The notes: a model not told the origin generated them from the letters alone. 64,000 nucleotides of DNA from Thermoplasmatota archaeon (GCA_041601615.1 JBFIHX010000002.1:192001-256000); one strand, 5' to 3'. Shown: positions 41,401 to 49,255, counted from the first letter of the stretch. A program made the numbers and translations.

Positions 41401-41981
41401 ATGGTGTCTTCGGTGACGGGGACGGTGTTGGCTTTGTAGCGCGCTTCGGCGCGGTCGAGCATCGCCGCCCGATCGCTGCTGCTGAGGTGTTGGAAGGTCT
41501 CATCGGCTTCGATGGCGGCGCGGGCTTCGGGCCAGAAGAGGCGTTTGGTGGCAATTTTGTTGGATTCGCCGCCCATGGCGTTGCCGATGATGACGGCGGT
41601 GCGGTTGCGGTCGAAGTCGCGTCCGGGTGCGTCGCCTCGGATGCCGGTTGCGAGTCCCGCGTCGAGGAGTGCTTGGCGGGCGGCCGACAGCGCCCACTGT
41701 TGGCTTTGGTCCACCTGTTTTTGCACTTGTGGCGGCATGCGGTATTCGAGGCCCTGGAAGTTGTCGTCGCTGACGAAGGCGCCGATTTTGGCGTAGGTTT
41801 TGTCTGGTGTTTTTGCCGAGTCGTAGTAGAGCGCGGTGTCCCAGCGGGTGGGCGGGACTTCGCGGATGCTGTTGCGGCCCTCGACGAGGTTGTTCCAGAA
41901 GGTTGGAATGTCGGGGGCGTCGGGCAGGACGCAGCCCAGGCCGATGATGGCGATGGGCTCCTTGGTGACGGTGTCGGACAT
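32430..41981 (-). CDS. Type I iterative PKS/FAS-like megasynthase: KS-AT-KS-4xACP-KR-DH-PPTase
   Basis: KS1 DAACASS/HGTST/NIGH; AT GQG.Q, GHSLG, AFHS; KS2 NAACAST/SHET/TGH; 4x LGIDTVKQ; KR GGAQGI..YSAAN; DH H.IDG...LPG; PPTase GIDLE..WAAKEA..K. Confidence 0.92.
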   Translation of the reverse strand: MSDTVTKEPIAIIGLGCVLPDAPDIPTFWNNLVEGRNSIREVPPTRWDTALYYDSAKTPDKTYAKIGAFVSDDNFQGLEYRMPPQVQKQVDQSQQWALSAARQALLDAGLATGIRGDAPGRDFDRNRTAVIIGNAMGGESNKIATKRLFWPEARAAIEADETFQHLSSSDRAAMLDRAEARYKANTVPVTEDTMPGHLSNVVAGRIANVFDLGGKNFTTDAACASSLAALDAAIDSLRDAESDLVVWGGTDRSMDITPYIQFSAIGALSPDGSRPFDAGANGFVMGEGCAMFILKRLGDAERDGDRIHAVIRGVGGSSDGKGKGITAPNPRGQVKAVRRAYEEAEMDPYTVGYVEAHGTSTPVGDPVELNSVREAFQQIRAADVPVGSIRVGSVKSNIGHLKAAAGAAGMLKAVLAVREGIIPPSINVQTLNPAIEWATSPFQVATSRTPWETPADHPRRAAVSSFGFGGTNFHVVLEQYVPGALQFVDPATRNSAPIPAPAPTAATAPTPPSATTQPEATIPMTTFDAAGFASHMEQAAALEQTPLVLDADALPASLTALPSAVTFAKTGNGPRYRAAFYELTQAGVRAERRVGIAPTDLDEIPKKLELAAKAATQSAVAKLAFNQGVFLGQGEPRGKVAFLFPGQGTQYVNMGRDLAQKYAVVKHTFEEADAVLHDELDGVKLTDILWPTPDTAENRAASEEKLKLTEFTQPAVLAMDVALLRMMKQWGIQPDVVAGHSLGEYGALVAAGVLTFADALHAVAARGREMANVDLPDLGKMASIPADWETVSAAIADVDEYVICANKNCPSQTVIAGSSAGVDAAMAKLTAQGLQCIPLPVSAAFHSDIVAPASKPLRNVLARLDVQAPKVRILSNVGAEPYGNDPEAIRDNLAVQVASPVEWIDIMERMYSEGVRTFIEVGPKKALTGFAYDILGSKGDAVAICANHPKKGGIQHINELFAFLGAWGYLPKLPDLNDSAVYTAEFREPKTAFTRTTSALAQAAPAAAPAPVADARIDIIAGALRDLARTLDGMSSSPAAPSTPTPTTNSAPASAVATSAPAPVAALSSKNLPNSSELLLKAKMDAFGINLDDIGISGISVGLPGTHKPLFATDDWDRILRGDNLIDALPETEQQKMASKNIVRLVKGGGGQGTFQAIDDIAQVIQLAGRRGDFDVTEWGVDADFASTLDRTFQYAIAAGLEALRDAGIPLQRTYLQTTTGSHLPKDWKLPEPMRDDTGIVFASAFPGIDNLVRDISRYLADKYAGRTLDDLRNLYDELLGQVTDDDLRNNLTTGFEAEFARLQDVLPDHGAARYEFNRKFLFNVLSMGHAQLAQFIGARGPNTQLNAACASTTQAITVAEDWIRTGRCKRVLVVGADDVTSDALFEWIGSGFLASGAATTKNRVEDAALPFDARRHGMIVGMGAVGLVIEATPETEARGMRPIAKLLATTVANSAFHGSRLDVDHISQCMQGLMAKAGARYGIHADAIAAQTMFMSHETYTPARGGSASAEIHALRATFGTNANKVVIANTKGFTGHPQGAGVEDAIALKALQRGTVPPIANFRDPDPELGDLNLSKGGAYDVRYALRLAAGFGSQVAMTLTQLVAREDERVANQAQYDAWLSSVSGLPAAATEVQNRTLRIVDQGAPERTAPAVVVAAEPAPVAAVASPVVVADEADVLQKVTDLVASKTGYPPEMLEADLDMEADLGIDTVKQAELFGELRETFGVPLDESLSLKDYNTLRKVAGYMAGGTSNSAPIAAAEVASPAPVPAAAQTAPETDVLADVTALVAEKTGYPPEMLEADLDMEADLGIDTVKQAELFGELRDRFGVPLDENLQLKDYNTLRKVAEYMGGGTSQSEVSARPSPTQVGLGVGGSTAAPVATAESAPAAASPAAAAPATPVSATTAETDDAVLAKVTAVIADKTGYPVEMLEADLDMEADLGIDTVKQAELFGELRDHFGVPLDENLSLADYNTLRKVAAYMGGGASAAAPVATVVSTPAPAAASTAGTDTADVLAQVIALVADKTGYPVDMLEPELDMEADLGIDTVKQAELFGELRDRFSVPMREDLQLKDYNTLAKVAAYMASNAGATDAPAADATADATTASEPSQAIVRRVPTVRPAPSPHQSNDLAKGTLLVVGDADTAFLDAWKEAGWKPTFRLHDDDTPVGLLCLATRRGDSAPARLGPMFDAAKAHQNALKNGFVAVVTRQDGAHGLAAPRDATMAAVAGFGKALKKEFEGAVVKVIDLHPKLSDAPAMVLAEVIEGGRRTEIAFDAEGTRFVIDVAPEALEGTPNVSGKTLIVPGGAQGITVELLAALAPQHPNFMLLGRTTMAEEAETWASWTDDEWKAEEQRQMAAMKEAGAKVTPVSIQKAMSPLRKAAEVQRNLQRLSDLGAEVTYASVDVTDHDAVREALDHARERFGAIHGVIHAAGVEISKDLASKDREQFDWVFGIKHDGWNALMAATAEDELEFLVAFGSVAGRFGNIGQTDYSAANEYLCKAVQVAAAERNVPTAFTIAWGPWGEVGMATKGSILQIMESTGVTPIPTADGVAQFLAELGTPGIRESVVAGNVGAIDADGQVVDAAWDPRLGEHQARMESAPERFALLAGVETATADSVTTRIEMDQATQAYARDHAIDGVPYLPGVFGLEAFAETASLLAPADTVCTRVTNASFGIPLKQLKDRPAVARITATRAAEGDGITCTLWSRMVGPDGKERGEPRTHFAATIHFGAAAAPRRTSEVPACTRDRDHASIYPPFFHGPSFQVLRYAGPLDDESVGIGVTPEAPVLEGTSPEWHVHPLLVEALFQVCGLRTMTVDGRMSLPAAIERLDILHYGPLPKETRLWTRFAGRDDNGLYRFDAAACTEDGAVLVRMVQYGMVETGDVPGSDTDTPAPPAASEPTNGHQNGHADKDATPKPIVELSEPQATDNSAAPVQKTLSESTPAAASAEPEAVPIPTVDLGLPDDTGALFAAVPVADADPDPQWFTEEELGTAEAFKAPKRAEEWRAGRLAAKAVAIAAGANVSALEVTVVNSDGGKPVLHLHGKAANYELSLTHRDGLAIAALAPTALGIDLETVKQRSAAWREEAFNDTEAPVAADDNAAACMWAAKEAVFKRTGTGLRSALRAWTVMPDGAGGATVTGPDGTFGVRFWSIEGRVLAVSLADFDPMTEEPETASHA
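35720..36955 (-). repeat. Four tandem near-identical ACP-coding repeats with Ala/Pro-rich linkers
   Basis: KTGYP.EMLE..LDMEADLGIDTVKQAELFGELR..F.VP....L.L.DYNTL repeated four times. Confidence 0.9.
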
Positions 41982-42092
41982 GGTTGGGGGCTCCGTGGGC
42001 GGGGTCGGAGGGGAACGGGAGAGGCGGGGGGTTGGAAAAAGGACTGGACTGATGGAGGTCGGGTCGGCGGGCGCCGACGGGGGGCTGGGGGG

Positions 42093-43703
42093 TTAGAGGG
42101 GGGTGAGGCCGTGCTTCTTGGCGGGCCGGGTTTCGCGCTTTTGCAGGAGCGGTAGCAGGGCTGCGATGAGGCGGGGCCGGGTCTCGCGGGGTTCGATGAT
42201 GTCGTCGATCCAGCCGCGTTCGGCCGCGACATACGGATTGGCGAATTTGCGTTCGTATTCAGCGGTGAATTCGGCTTTGCGTGCCTCGGCTGCGGCGGGG
42301 TCGGTTTTGGCAAGTTCCATGAGTTCGCGCCGGTGCAAGATTTCCACGGCGCCGCTGCCGCCCATGACGGCGATTTCGGTGCCGGGCCAGGCGAGGTTGC
42401 AGTCGCTTCCCACGTGCTTCGAGGACATGACGATGTAGGCGCCGCCGTAGGATTTGCGCAGAACCACGGAGAGCTTGGGCACGGTGGCTTCACAGTAGGC
42501 GTACAGGAGTTTGGCTCCGTTGCGGATGATGCCGCCGTGTTCCTGGCCAAGGCCGGGCAGGAAGCCGGGCACGTCCACGAAGCTGACGATCGGGATGTTG
42601 AAGGCGTCGCAGAAGCGGATGAATTTGGCGCCTTTGATGCTGGCTTCGATGTCGAGGGCACCGGCGAGGACGGCGGGTTGGTTGGCGACGATGCCGACGG
42701 GGATGCCGTCGAGGCGGCTGAAGCCAATGACGAGGTTTTGGGCCCACTTGGGTTGAATTTCTAGGAACGAATCGGTGTCCACTACGCGCTTGACGACGTC
42801 GCGCACGTCGTAGGGTTTGTTGGCGTTGGAGGGGACGATGTTGTCCAATTCGGGGTCCATGCGGCCGCGTGCGTCGCCGGGGTTTTCCTTGATGGGGAGG
42901 TCGGCGAGGTTGTTGGCGGGAATGTAGCTGAGAAGTTTGCGGATGAGGAAGATGCTGTCGTCTTCGTCGACGCCGCTGAAGCTTGCGACACCGGATTTTA
43001 CGGTGTGGACGCTGCTGCCGCCGAGTTCCTCTTGGCTGGCTTCTTCGCCGGTGACGGTCTTGACCACGTCGGGGCCGGTGACGAACATGTGGCTGGTGTC
43101 GTCCGTCATGATGACGAAGTCGGTGAGGGCGGGGGAGTACACGGCGCCGCCGGCAGAAGGGCCGACGATGACCGAAATCTGCGGCACTACGCCGCTGGCC
43201 TTGACGTTCCTGAAGAAAATGTCACCGTAGCCGGCAAGGCTTGCCACACCTTCTTGGATGCGTGCGCCGCCAGAGTCATTGAAGCCGATGACGGGGGCTC
43301 CGATGGCGAGCGCCTGGTCGAGGACTTTGGCAATTTTTTGCCCGGTTTGGTAGCCGAGGCTGCCGCCGAGGACGGTGAAGTCTTGGGCGTAAGTGAAGAT
43401 GACTTGGCCGTTGATGGTGCCGTGGCCGGTGACGACGCCGTCGCCGTCGAAGGCGTGACGATCCATGCCAAAGTCGGTGGATTGGGTGCGCACGTAGGGA
43501 TCCATCTCTACGAAGGAGCCTGGATCGAGCAGAAGTTCGATGCGTTCGCGGGCGGTGTATTTTCCCTTCTTGTGTTGCGCTTCGATGCGAGCTGCCCCGC
43601 CTCCCATGTGTGCCTTGGCGCGGCGTTCGCGCAGGATTTCCACGGGGGAGGGCTTGATGTGGCCGTTCGTAGCCTGGGGGCTCGCGGGGACGGTCTTGGC
43701 CAT
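42093..43703 (-). CDS. pccB: Acyl-CoA carboxylase carboxyltransferase (PccB-like)
   Basis: ARERI..LLD.GSF, DSGGARIQEG, GGAVYSPALTD, DVPGFLPG and K.YGGAY; ATG at 43703. Confidence 0.93.
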   Translation of the reverse strand: MAKTVPASPQATNGHIKPSPVEILRERRAKAHMGGGAARIEAQHKKGKYTARERIELLLDPGSFVEMDPYVRTQSTDFGMDRHAFDGDGVVTGHGTINGQVIFTYAQDFTVLGGSLGYQTGQKIAKVLDQALAIGAPVIGFNDSGGARIQEGVASLAGYGDIFFRNVKASGVVPQISVIVGPSAGGAVYSPALTDFVIMTDDTSHMFVTGPDVVKTVTGEEASQEELGGSSVHTVKSGVASFSGVDEDDSIFLIRKLLSYIPANNLADLPIKENPGDARGRMDPELDNIVPSNANKPYDVRDVVKRVVDTDSFLEIQPKWAQNLVIGFSRLDGIPVGIVANQPAVLAGALDIEASIKGAKFIRFCDAFNIPIVSFVDVPGFLPGLGQEHGGIIRNGAKLLYAYCEATVPKLSVVLRKSYGGAYIVMSSKHVGSDCNLAWPGTEIAVMGGSGAVEILHRRELMELAKTDPAAAEARKAEFTAEYERKFANPYVAAERGWIDDIIEPRETRPRLIAALLPLLQKRETRPAKKHGLTPL

Positions 43704-43722
43704 GGCTTTGCGGGGCCGGGGA

Positions 43723-43730
43723 TCATATAT
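43723..43730 (-). promoter_or_regulatory. TATA-like box for the carboxylase/PKS operon
   Basis: ATATATGA 20-27 nt upstream of ATG 43703. Confidence 0.45.
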
Positions 43731-43893
43731 CAGGCTTCGCGTAGAATTTTCCGGCAATGGTAGGGAATCGGGTGCCCGCGGTTCGGCAATTGTCGTTTGG
43801 TGCACTGACTGGTTGGGCTGACTCGAACATGTCAAGGGTCAAAGCCGCCGCTTGGGCGGTCGTTGCAGCGCGTTGCATTGGGTGTTGCTGGGC

Positions 43894-44337
43894 CTAGACT
43901 TGCAGCACCGTAATCGTGTCCGTCATGGACCCGTGCACGCGGCAATGGTACGGAAATTCGCCCGCCTCGGTGAACGTAAACGAGAACTCGGAGTTGGCAA
44001 ATTCGCTCATGCAGGTGTTGCCGGGGCATGCGCCAGAATCGAACGTCCCGCCGCCTGCGGTGACCGAGTGCGGAATGGCGCCGTCTTCGTGCGTCCAGAC
44101 GACTTTATCGCCCACTTGAATCGTCAGCGACCCCTCGACGAAGTCATTGCCTGCGATGCTGATGTGCCAGGTCAGAGGCTCCTGGCGGGGTGCTGGCGGC
44201 GTGGGGGTTGGTGCGGGCGGTGGGTCCGTGGAGTTTTGGTCTGGATTGGGGTCCGGGTCGGGGTCGCCGTCGTCGCCCCCAAAACAACCGGTCAGCAGCA
44301 TCAGCAGGACAGCCAAAACCGAAGCAAGGGCGCGCAT
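43894..44337 (-). CDS. Cupredoxin (halocyanin/plastocyanin-like) lipoprotein
   Basis: Lipobox LLTGC; type-1 Cu ligands PHSV...YHCRVHGSM. Confidence 0.88.
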   Translation of the reverse strand: MRALASVLAVLLMLLTGCFGGDDGDPDPDPNPDQNSTDPPPAPTPTPPAPRQEPLTWHISIAGNDFVEGSLTIQVGDKVVWTHEDGAIPHSVTAGGGTFDSGACPGNTCMSEFANSEFSFTFTEAGEFPYHCRVHGSMTDTITVLQV

Positions 44338-44470
44338 GGTCTGTCAGGCACCTAAGCATCGAATGAGTTTGCCCTACGCGATATGGCGGGGACGAAACGG
44401 CCCGAACTCGCCACAACGGCCAAGCCCCTCAGATTCCTGCCTGATGGCCGGGGCAACCCGGTGTGATCCC

Positions 44471-44749
44471 ATGCGTATTGCCACCCCCACCACACTGATC
44501 TTGCTCCTGGCGCTCTTGTCGCCAGCGGCGCTCGCCTCGGATGCCCCGACCCAAGCGGAACGGGCACCAGCCGAAATCATCTGCGACGAAGCGGGCCTTC
44601 CCGCTGCCGTTTGTGCGCTCATCGACAAAATCTGCTCGCTCATCGAACGCGCCGCCCAGGACCTAGAAGAGCTGCTGCCTCCCGACATCTGGGACATCAT
44701 CGAACCACTCATCGACTACATCAAGCGACTTTGCCAGCGACTGCGCTAA
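44471..44749 (+). CDS. Small secreted hypothetical protein
   Basis: Signal peptide (ALA-S), four Cys, amphipathic helices. Confidence 0.6.
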   Translation: MRIATPTTLILLLALLSPAALASDAPTQAERAPAEIICDEAGLPAAVCALIDKICSLIERAAQDLEELLPPDIWDIIEPLIDYIKRLCQRLR

Positions 44750-45117
44750 GCTGAAGGGTCTGATTGCAATGCGGCTTGTGCCGCTTCCCACGCCAGACTC
44801 GCGCATCGCTTGCGGGTCGGATTCAGGGGCGCATCCACGAGCGCCAGCACCTCCTCGCGAGTCATTGCTTGAACCTCTGCCACGGGCGCTCCGTTCCAGC
44901 GCTTGGTGAGCAGGCTAGCCGCTGCAACACTGACGGCGCACCCGACTCCCTCCCAGCTTGCGTCGACCACGACTCCGTCCGCCACGCGAAGGTGTACGGT
45001 CACTTCGTCGCCGCACAGCGGGTTGTCGGCTTTGTGCTGGTGGGTGGCCTCGGGCATGGCGCGGCGGTTGTGCGGTGCGCGGTAGTGCTCCAGGACGTGG
45101 GCCGGGTAGGCGGTCAA
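44746..45117 (-). CDS. SufU/IscU-like Fe-S scaffold
   Basis: HY..P.N, NPLCGD, GCAVS.AAAS and R.RC. Confidence 0.88.
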   Translation of the reverse strand: MTAYPAHVLEHYRAPHNRRAMPEATHQHKADNPLCGDEVTVHLRVADGVVVDASWEGVGCAVSVAAASLLTKRWNGAPVAEVQAMTREEVLALVDAPLNPTRKRCASLAWEAAQAALQSDPSA

Positions 45118-45193
45118 CGGGCTGAGAGTCGCAGCGGGGGGCTTTAGGTGCGGCGGTGGGGGCTACCCAAGGCGTGCTCCTGAAGTAGTCTCC

Positions 45194-47017
45194 ATGAAAG
45201 TCGCCCTCATGCAAGCGTGGGTCGTTCCGGCAGCCGTTGCGGCCGTGCTTGTGATGAGCCTTGGCGCCGGCCTTGCATTGGACCATGACCGAGATGGCGC
45301 GAGCCTTTGGACGGAGCTGGGGGCGGGCACGAGTCCCTGGCGCGGCGACACGGACGGCGACGGCCTTCCGGACGGATACGAGCTGAACGCGGGGCTGCCT
45401 GCCCGGCGCGCCGACGCAGACCGCGACGGTTTGTTGGATGGTGCTGAGGTTGCGGCGCGCAGCAATCCGTTGGCCTCGGACTCGGACGGCGATGGAATTC
45501 CGGATGGCGAGGAAGCGGCGCGGGACTGCGACGGGGACGGCTTGTTCGCGGTGGCAAGTTCCGATGACGACGCGGACGGACGACCTGATGCGGCGGAACC
45601 GGGGCGCGACTGCAATGCCGACGTGGATGGCGATGGGGTCCTGGATGGCCGCGAGGGCAACGAGGTGTGCATTGTGTCCGCGGATTGTGACCGAGATGGA
45701 TTGACAGATGGCGTGGAAGCGGAACTTGCTTACGATCCGTTGGACCCGGACACGTTCGATACTGGGCTTACGGATGCGGTGGCGTATGCGTTCCAGCGCG
45801 GCGGCCAAGACCCTGGCGCGGACGCGGACAGGGACGGCATCCCGGATCCATGGGAGTCAGAGGATGGCCTCATTGCGTGGGGCGGTCTTCAGCCAGAAGC
45901 GGGGCGGCGAGATCTCTTGGTGGAGTACCTGCGCGTCGTCGGTCCGGGCAGCGAAAAATACCCGGGATTGAACTTCGACGAGGTGTACAGGAACGTGGCG
46001 CGGATGTTTGCGGATGAGGCAGGCATCACCATGTCTTGGGTCGAGACCATTGTGCGGCTGGACATGGACGAGCGCCCGGACATTTTGACGCCTGAGACTC
46101 TGCCGTACTATGATCTTGTTCTTGACGGCGCCGTGCACACGGACAACCCGTTTGTCACCACGGTCGTCTTGAACCCCCAGCAACAACAGCAGCATGCCGG
46201 GGACGTACTCGGCGCCGCTTTCTTGCGCTCCATGATTGCCACCATCGACTACGGGGCGCACACGAATCTCATCTTTACCAATCCCGACCTTGGAGAGCTG
46301 CGCGTCAGCCCGGTCTTTGAGAGTCATGTGGCCACCGGCAACGCCGCCAAAATCCGTGCGCTTGGATTCGAATCGAGCGGCGCAAACGGCAACCGCGTCT
46401 GGCTGCGCGACGCCGACGGAGATGTTCTAGGCGCGCCCGGGAAGGTCGAATGGCGGCCGGAGTGGTTCTTTGAGCCGCCCACTTTGACCTTCGACGAGTT
46501 CGGCACCTATGAGTTCCTTCGAGATCGCGCTTGGACGGACGAGCCCGAATTGGCCTCCACCATCGCCCACGAGGTCGGGCACACTTTGGGCCTGTGCCAC
46601 GCGCACGAATCGGAATGCTTTGGCGCGTACTCGCCCAGCGACCGGGAAGCGCGCCACAGTAGCACCATGAGCTACGGCGCTCCGGTTGGGACTCTGCATT
46701 TTCTTGCCTCCGAGTGGGATCAAGTAGCGGCGTACCTGCGCTGTCCTCCGCAACAAACCGTGCAACTCGTGGCAGACGGAGGCGACGAGGATGCGCTGCG
46801 GAGGGCCAAGTACCAGACCAGTTTCGTGGAAGCTGGATCACAACGAGCGTGCGGTGATCTTGCGCCGATGCCGCGTCAATTTGAACCCGTAGATGCCACC
46901 ACATATCGGTCCACGTTTGCAGCTCCCGGGGCGGTGCATGGTGGCGGCTGGGCGATGCTTGCGCATGGTGCCTTGACCGCTGTGGCCGTGGTGCTGATTT
47001 TGCGCAGACGACCTTAG
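45194..47017 (+). CDS. Membrane-anchored metzincin-like metalloprotease with DxDxDG Ca-binding repeats
   Basis: HEVGHTLGLCH plus Met-turn STMSY; TSP3-like repeats; C-terminal TM followed by RRR. Confidence 0.75.
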   Translation: MKVALMQAWVVPAAVAAVLVMSLGAGLALDHDRDGASLWTELGAGTSPWRGDTDGDGLPDGYELNAGLPARRADADRDGLLDGAEVAARSNPLASDSDGDGIPDGEEAARDCDGDGLFAVASSDDDADGRPDAAEPGRDCNADVDGDGVLDGREGNEVCIVSADCDRDGLTDGVEAELAYDPLDPDTFDTGLTDAVAYAFQRGGQDPGADADRDGIPDPWESEDGLIAWGGLQPEAGRRDLLVEYLRVVGPGSEKYPGLNFDEVYRNVARMFADEAGITMSWVETIVRLDMDERPDILTPETLPYYDLVLDGAVHTDNPFVTTVVLNPQQQQQHAGDVLGAAFLRSMIATIDYGAHTNLIFTNPDLGELRVSPVFESHVATGNAAKIRALGFESSGANGNRVWLRDADGDVLGAPGKVEWRPEWFFEPPTLTFDEFGTYEFLRDRAWTDEPELASTIAHEVGHTLGLCHAHESECFGAYSPSDREARHSSTMSYGAPVGTLHFLASEWDQVAAYLRCPPQQTVQLVADGGDEDALRRAKYQTSFVEAGSQRACGDLAPMPRQFEPVDATTYRSTFAAPGAVHGGGWAMLAHGALTAVAVVLILRRRP

Positions 47018-47215
47018 AGCCATAGTAGCGACTCCGTTGCAGCTCGTGTTCCGCATGCTCTCGCCGCATGATCCATCCAATTTGGTTCGCAATCAGCGGA
47101 TTTGGACGGTAGAGCGGCAACGACCACATCGACGCTCGGACGTTTTCACGGGTTGCCTACCCGATTGCGTTCGGGCGCATCAATGTTTATCACGCGACTT
47201 GGACCTCGAACCTTG

Positions 47216-49255
47216 ATGCGTGGGCGGGCCCTCCTTCTTGCTCTGCTGATGCTACCACTTGGGGCCACCAGCCAAGAAAGCCCACCGTCGGCCCCGGTTG
47301 GGTACGTCGAGGAGAGCTTCATGCACACCGCCGCCGACGGCACGGAGTTGGCCGCCACACGGTTTACGCCGCATGGCGACGGCCCTTTCGCCGCGATGCT
47401 CATTACCAACGGCTGGACCAATCGGCACAGCACCGGCAACGAACGCTGGTGGAGCGAACACTACGCCGAACAAGGCTACCTTGTGTATGCCTACACCAGT
47501 CGTGGCTGGGGCAAAAGCAGCGGCGAAATCGAATTGAACGGACCCAAGGAAGTCAGCGACGCGCGCGAATTCGTGGACTTGATTGCCGCCGATCCAAACG
47601 TCCTCCTGGATGCTCCGGGGGATCCTCGTGTCGGTATGATCGGATCCTCCTACGGCGGCGGCATCCAATTGCTCACGGCCCGAGAGGAGCCACGCATCGA
47701 CGCCATTGCTCCGCACAACACCTGGAGTGATCTCCTGGAAAGCCTCGTTCCTGATGATGTTCTCAAGCGCATCTGGACAAGCCTCTTGCTTGCAAGCGGT
47801 GCCGCCGAGGGCAACGGGATTCCCCTCGACGGCAACCCAGGCATGGCAGAGCCAGGCTCCGAAGGCCCCATGCGGCAGCTGTACGAATGGTATGCAGAAG
47901 TCACGGCCTTGAATGCGCCCAGCAGCAATATGCGCGAAGCCTTGGGCAACGTTCGTAGCCTGCACGCGGGCGAACTGGAGACCCCCACGTTCCTCGTCCA
48001 AGGCTGGCCCGATACCTTGTTTCCCGCAAGCCAAGCACTGCGCACCCAAGCCATGCTGCAAGAGTACGGCGTGCCCGTGCGCATGGCCATCGCCGACATC
48101 GGCCACGGCGGCTTCGGCACCGTCGATCCCGCCGTCCAGGCATACGTCGACGACTGGTTCAACACCACGCTGAAAGACCGAGCGCCCACGCTTCCGCCCT
48201 ATCCGGTGTTGCGCCATCGCTACGGCCAAAACGACCTCGTGGGCGAGATGCAGTGGCCCCCCGCCGGCACCACTCTCGCGCGTTACTACCTCCACGCGGC
48301 CGGCGAAGGCGGGCTCCGGCCAGGCTTTCCTGAATCCTCCACCCAGACTTTGCTTGTTGCTCCGGCCGTTCCCGCATCCTGCACGGAGTTCAGCCAATTT
48401 CAGTCCTACAGCAACGAAATCTGCCCCTTCGGCGTCCCGCAAACGCTTGCCCAATGGAGCACAAAGCCGCTTGCGGCCGCCGTCGAGGTCACGGGCACGC
48501 CGCGCCTCAGTCTGACGCTGGAGGGTGATCAAATCGAGGGCGTGATGCTGTTTGCCCAGCTTCAAGACATCGCCCCCGACGGCAGCGTGACGCCCGTTTT
48601 GTACCAAGTGACCGCCATGCGTGACTCCACCAGCACCCCGCACCGGCGCGACTTGGATTTGGAATCGATCAGCCACGAATTTGCCGTTGGCCACCGCATT
48701 GGCCTTCAAGTTGCGACCACCGATCTTGCATTCGCTTGGAGCCGTACCCACGGCCTCGTGACTTTGCACTCCGGCGGAGCTGCAGAAGCCTGGCTGGACG
48801 TGCCCATGGTCCCGAGCGACGCCCACGGGGACCGCATCCCTCCGACCGTCCGCGTGCGCGGCAGCGAAGAAGCCCGGCCCGGCGCCTCGTTCCATTTCAC
48901 CGTGGTCGCGTTCGACAATCTTGCCATGGGGCCACTCGAGGTCACCGTCGGAGACACCCGCCTCCAGAGCCTATCATCGGAGGGCATTCTGCATCGCTTC
49001 CAAGTGCAGCTCCCCGAAAATGAAACCGCCGCCCAGGTGTTGCTTGACAGCATCACGGCAACCGCGACGGACCTTGTGGGAAACCGCGCAACGGCCACCC
49101 TCCGAGAATCCTCCCAGCCCGAGCCAAGCCCAGGAGAATTGCCCGAGCCGCCGAGCAAAAAGAAGAGCCCCGGCCTCGGACCCGTGCTTCTCATCGGTCT
49201 TCTTGCAGCACTCGCCACCGCGCGACGACGCAACGAAGGATCGCCCCGAGCCTAG
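47216..49255 (+). CDS. CocE/NonD (X-Pro dipeptidyl-peptidase-like) hydrolase with PGF-CTERM-like sorting signal
   Basis: RG.G.S.G, GSSYGGG and D/H triad candidates; C-terminal SPGLG-TM-RRR. Confidence 0.85.
   Translation: MRGRALLLALLMLPLGATSQESPPSAPVGYVEESFMHTAADGTELAATRFTPHGDGPFAAMLITNGWTNRHSTGNERWWSEHYAEQGYLVYAYTSRGWGKSSGEIELNGPKEVSDAREFVDLIAADPNVLLDAPGDPRVGMIGSSYGGGIQLLTAREEPRIDAIAPHNTWSDLLESLVPDDVLKRIWTSLLLASGAAEGNGIPLDGNPGMAEPGSEGPMRQLYEWYAEVTALNAPSSNMREALGNVRSLHAGELETPTFLVQGWPDTLFPASQALRTQAMLQEYGVPVRMAIADIGHGGFGTVDPAVQAYVDDWFNTTLKDRAPTLPPYPVLRHRYGQNDLVGEMQWPPAGTTLARYYLHAAGEGGLRPGFPESSTQTLLVAPAVPASCTEFSQFQSYSNEICPFGVPQTLAQWSTKPLAAAVEVTGTPRLSLTLEGDQIEGVMLFAQLQDIAPDGSVTPVLYQVTAMRDSTSTPHRRDLDLESISHEFAVGHRIGLQVATTDLAFAWSRTHGLVTLHSGGAAEAWLDVPMVPSDAHGDRIPPTVRVRGSEEARPGASFHFTVVAFDNLAMGPLEVTVGDTRLQSLSSEGILHRFQVQLPENETAAQVLLDSITATATDLVGNRATATLRESSQPEPSPGELPEPPSKKKSPGLGPVLLIGLLAALATARRRNEGSPRA

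Noticed and set aside
41985-42100. G-run-rich intergenic tract (similar tract at 60900-60960) as a G-quadruplex
   Set aside because: Consistent with the local strand bias; no independent evidence of function
34311-42727. Very long alternative-frame and antisense ORFs over the PKS (969, 595 and 772 aa)
   Set aside because: Shadow ORFs caused by high GC and codon bias; the translations are low-complexity and have no motifs
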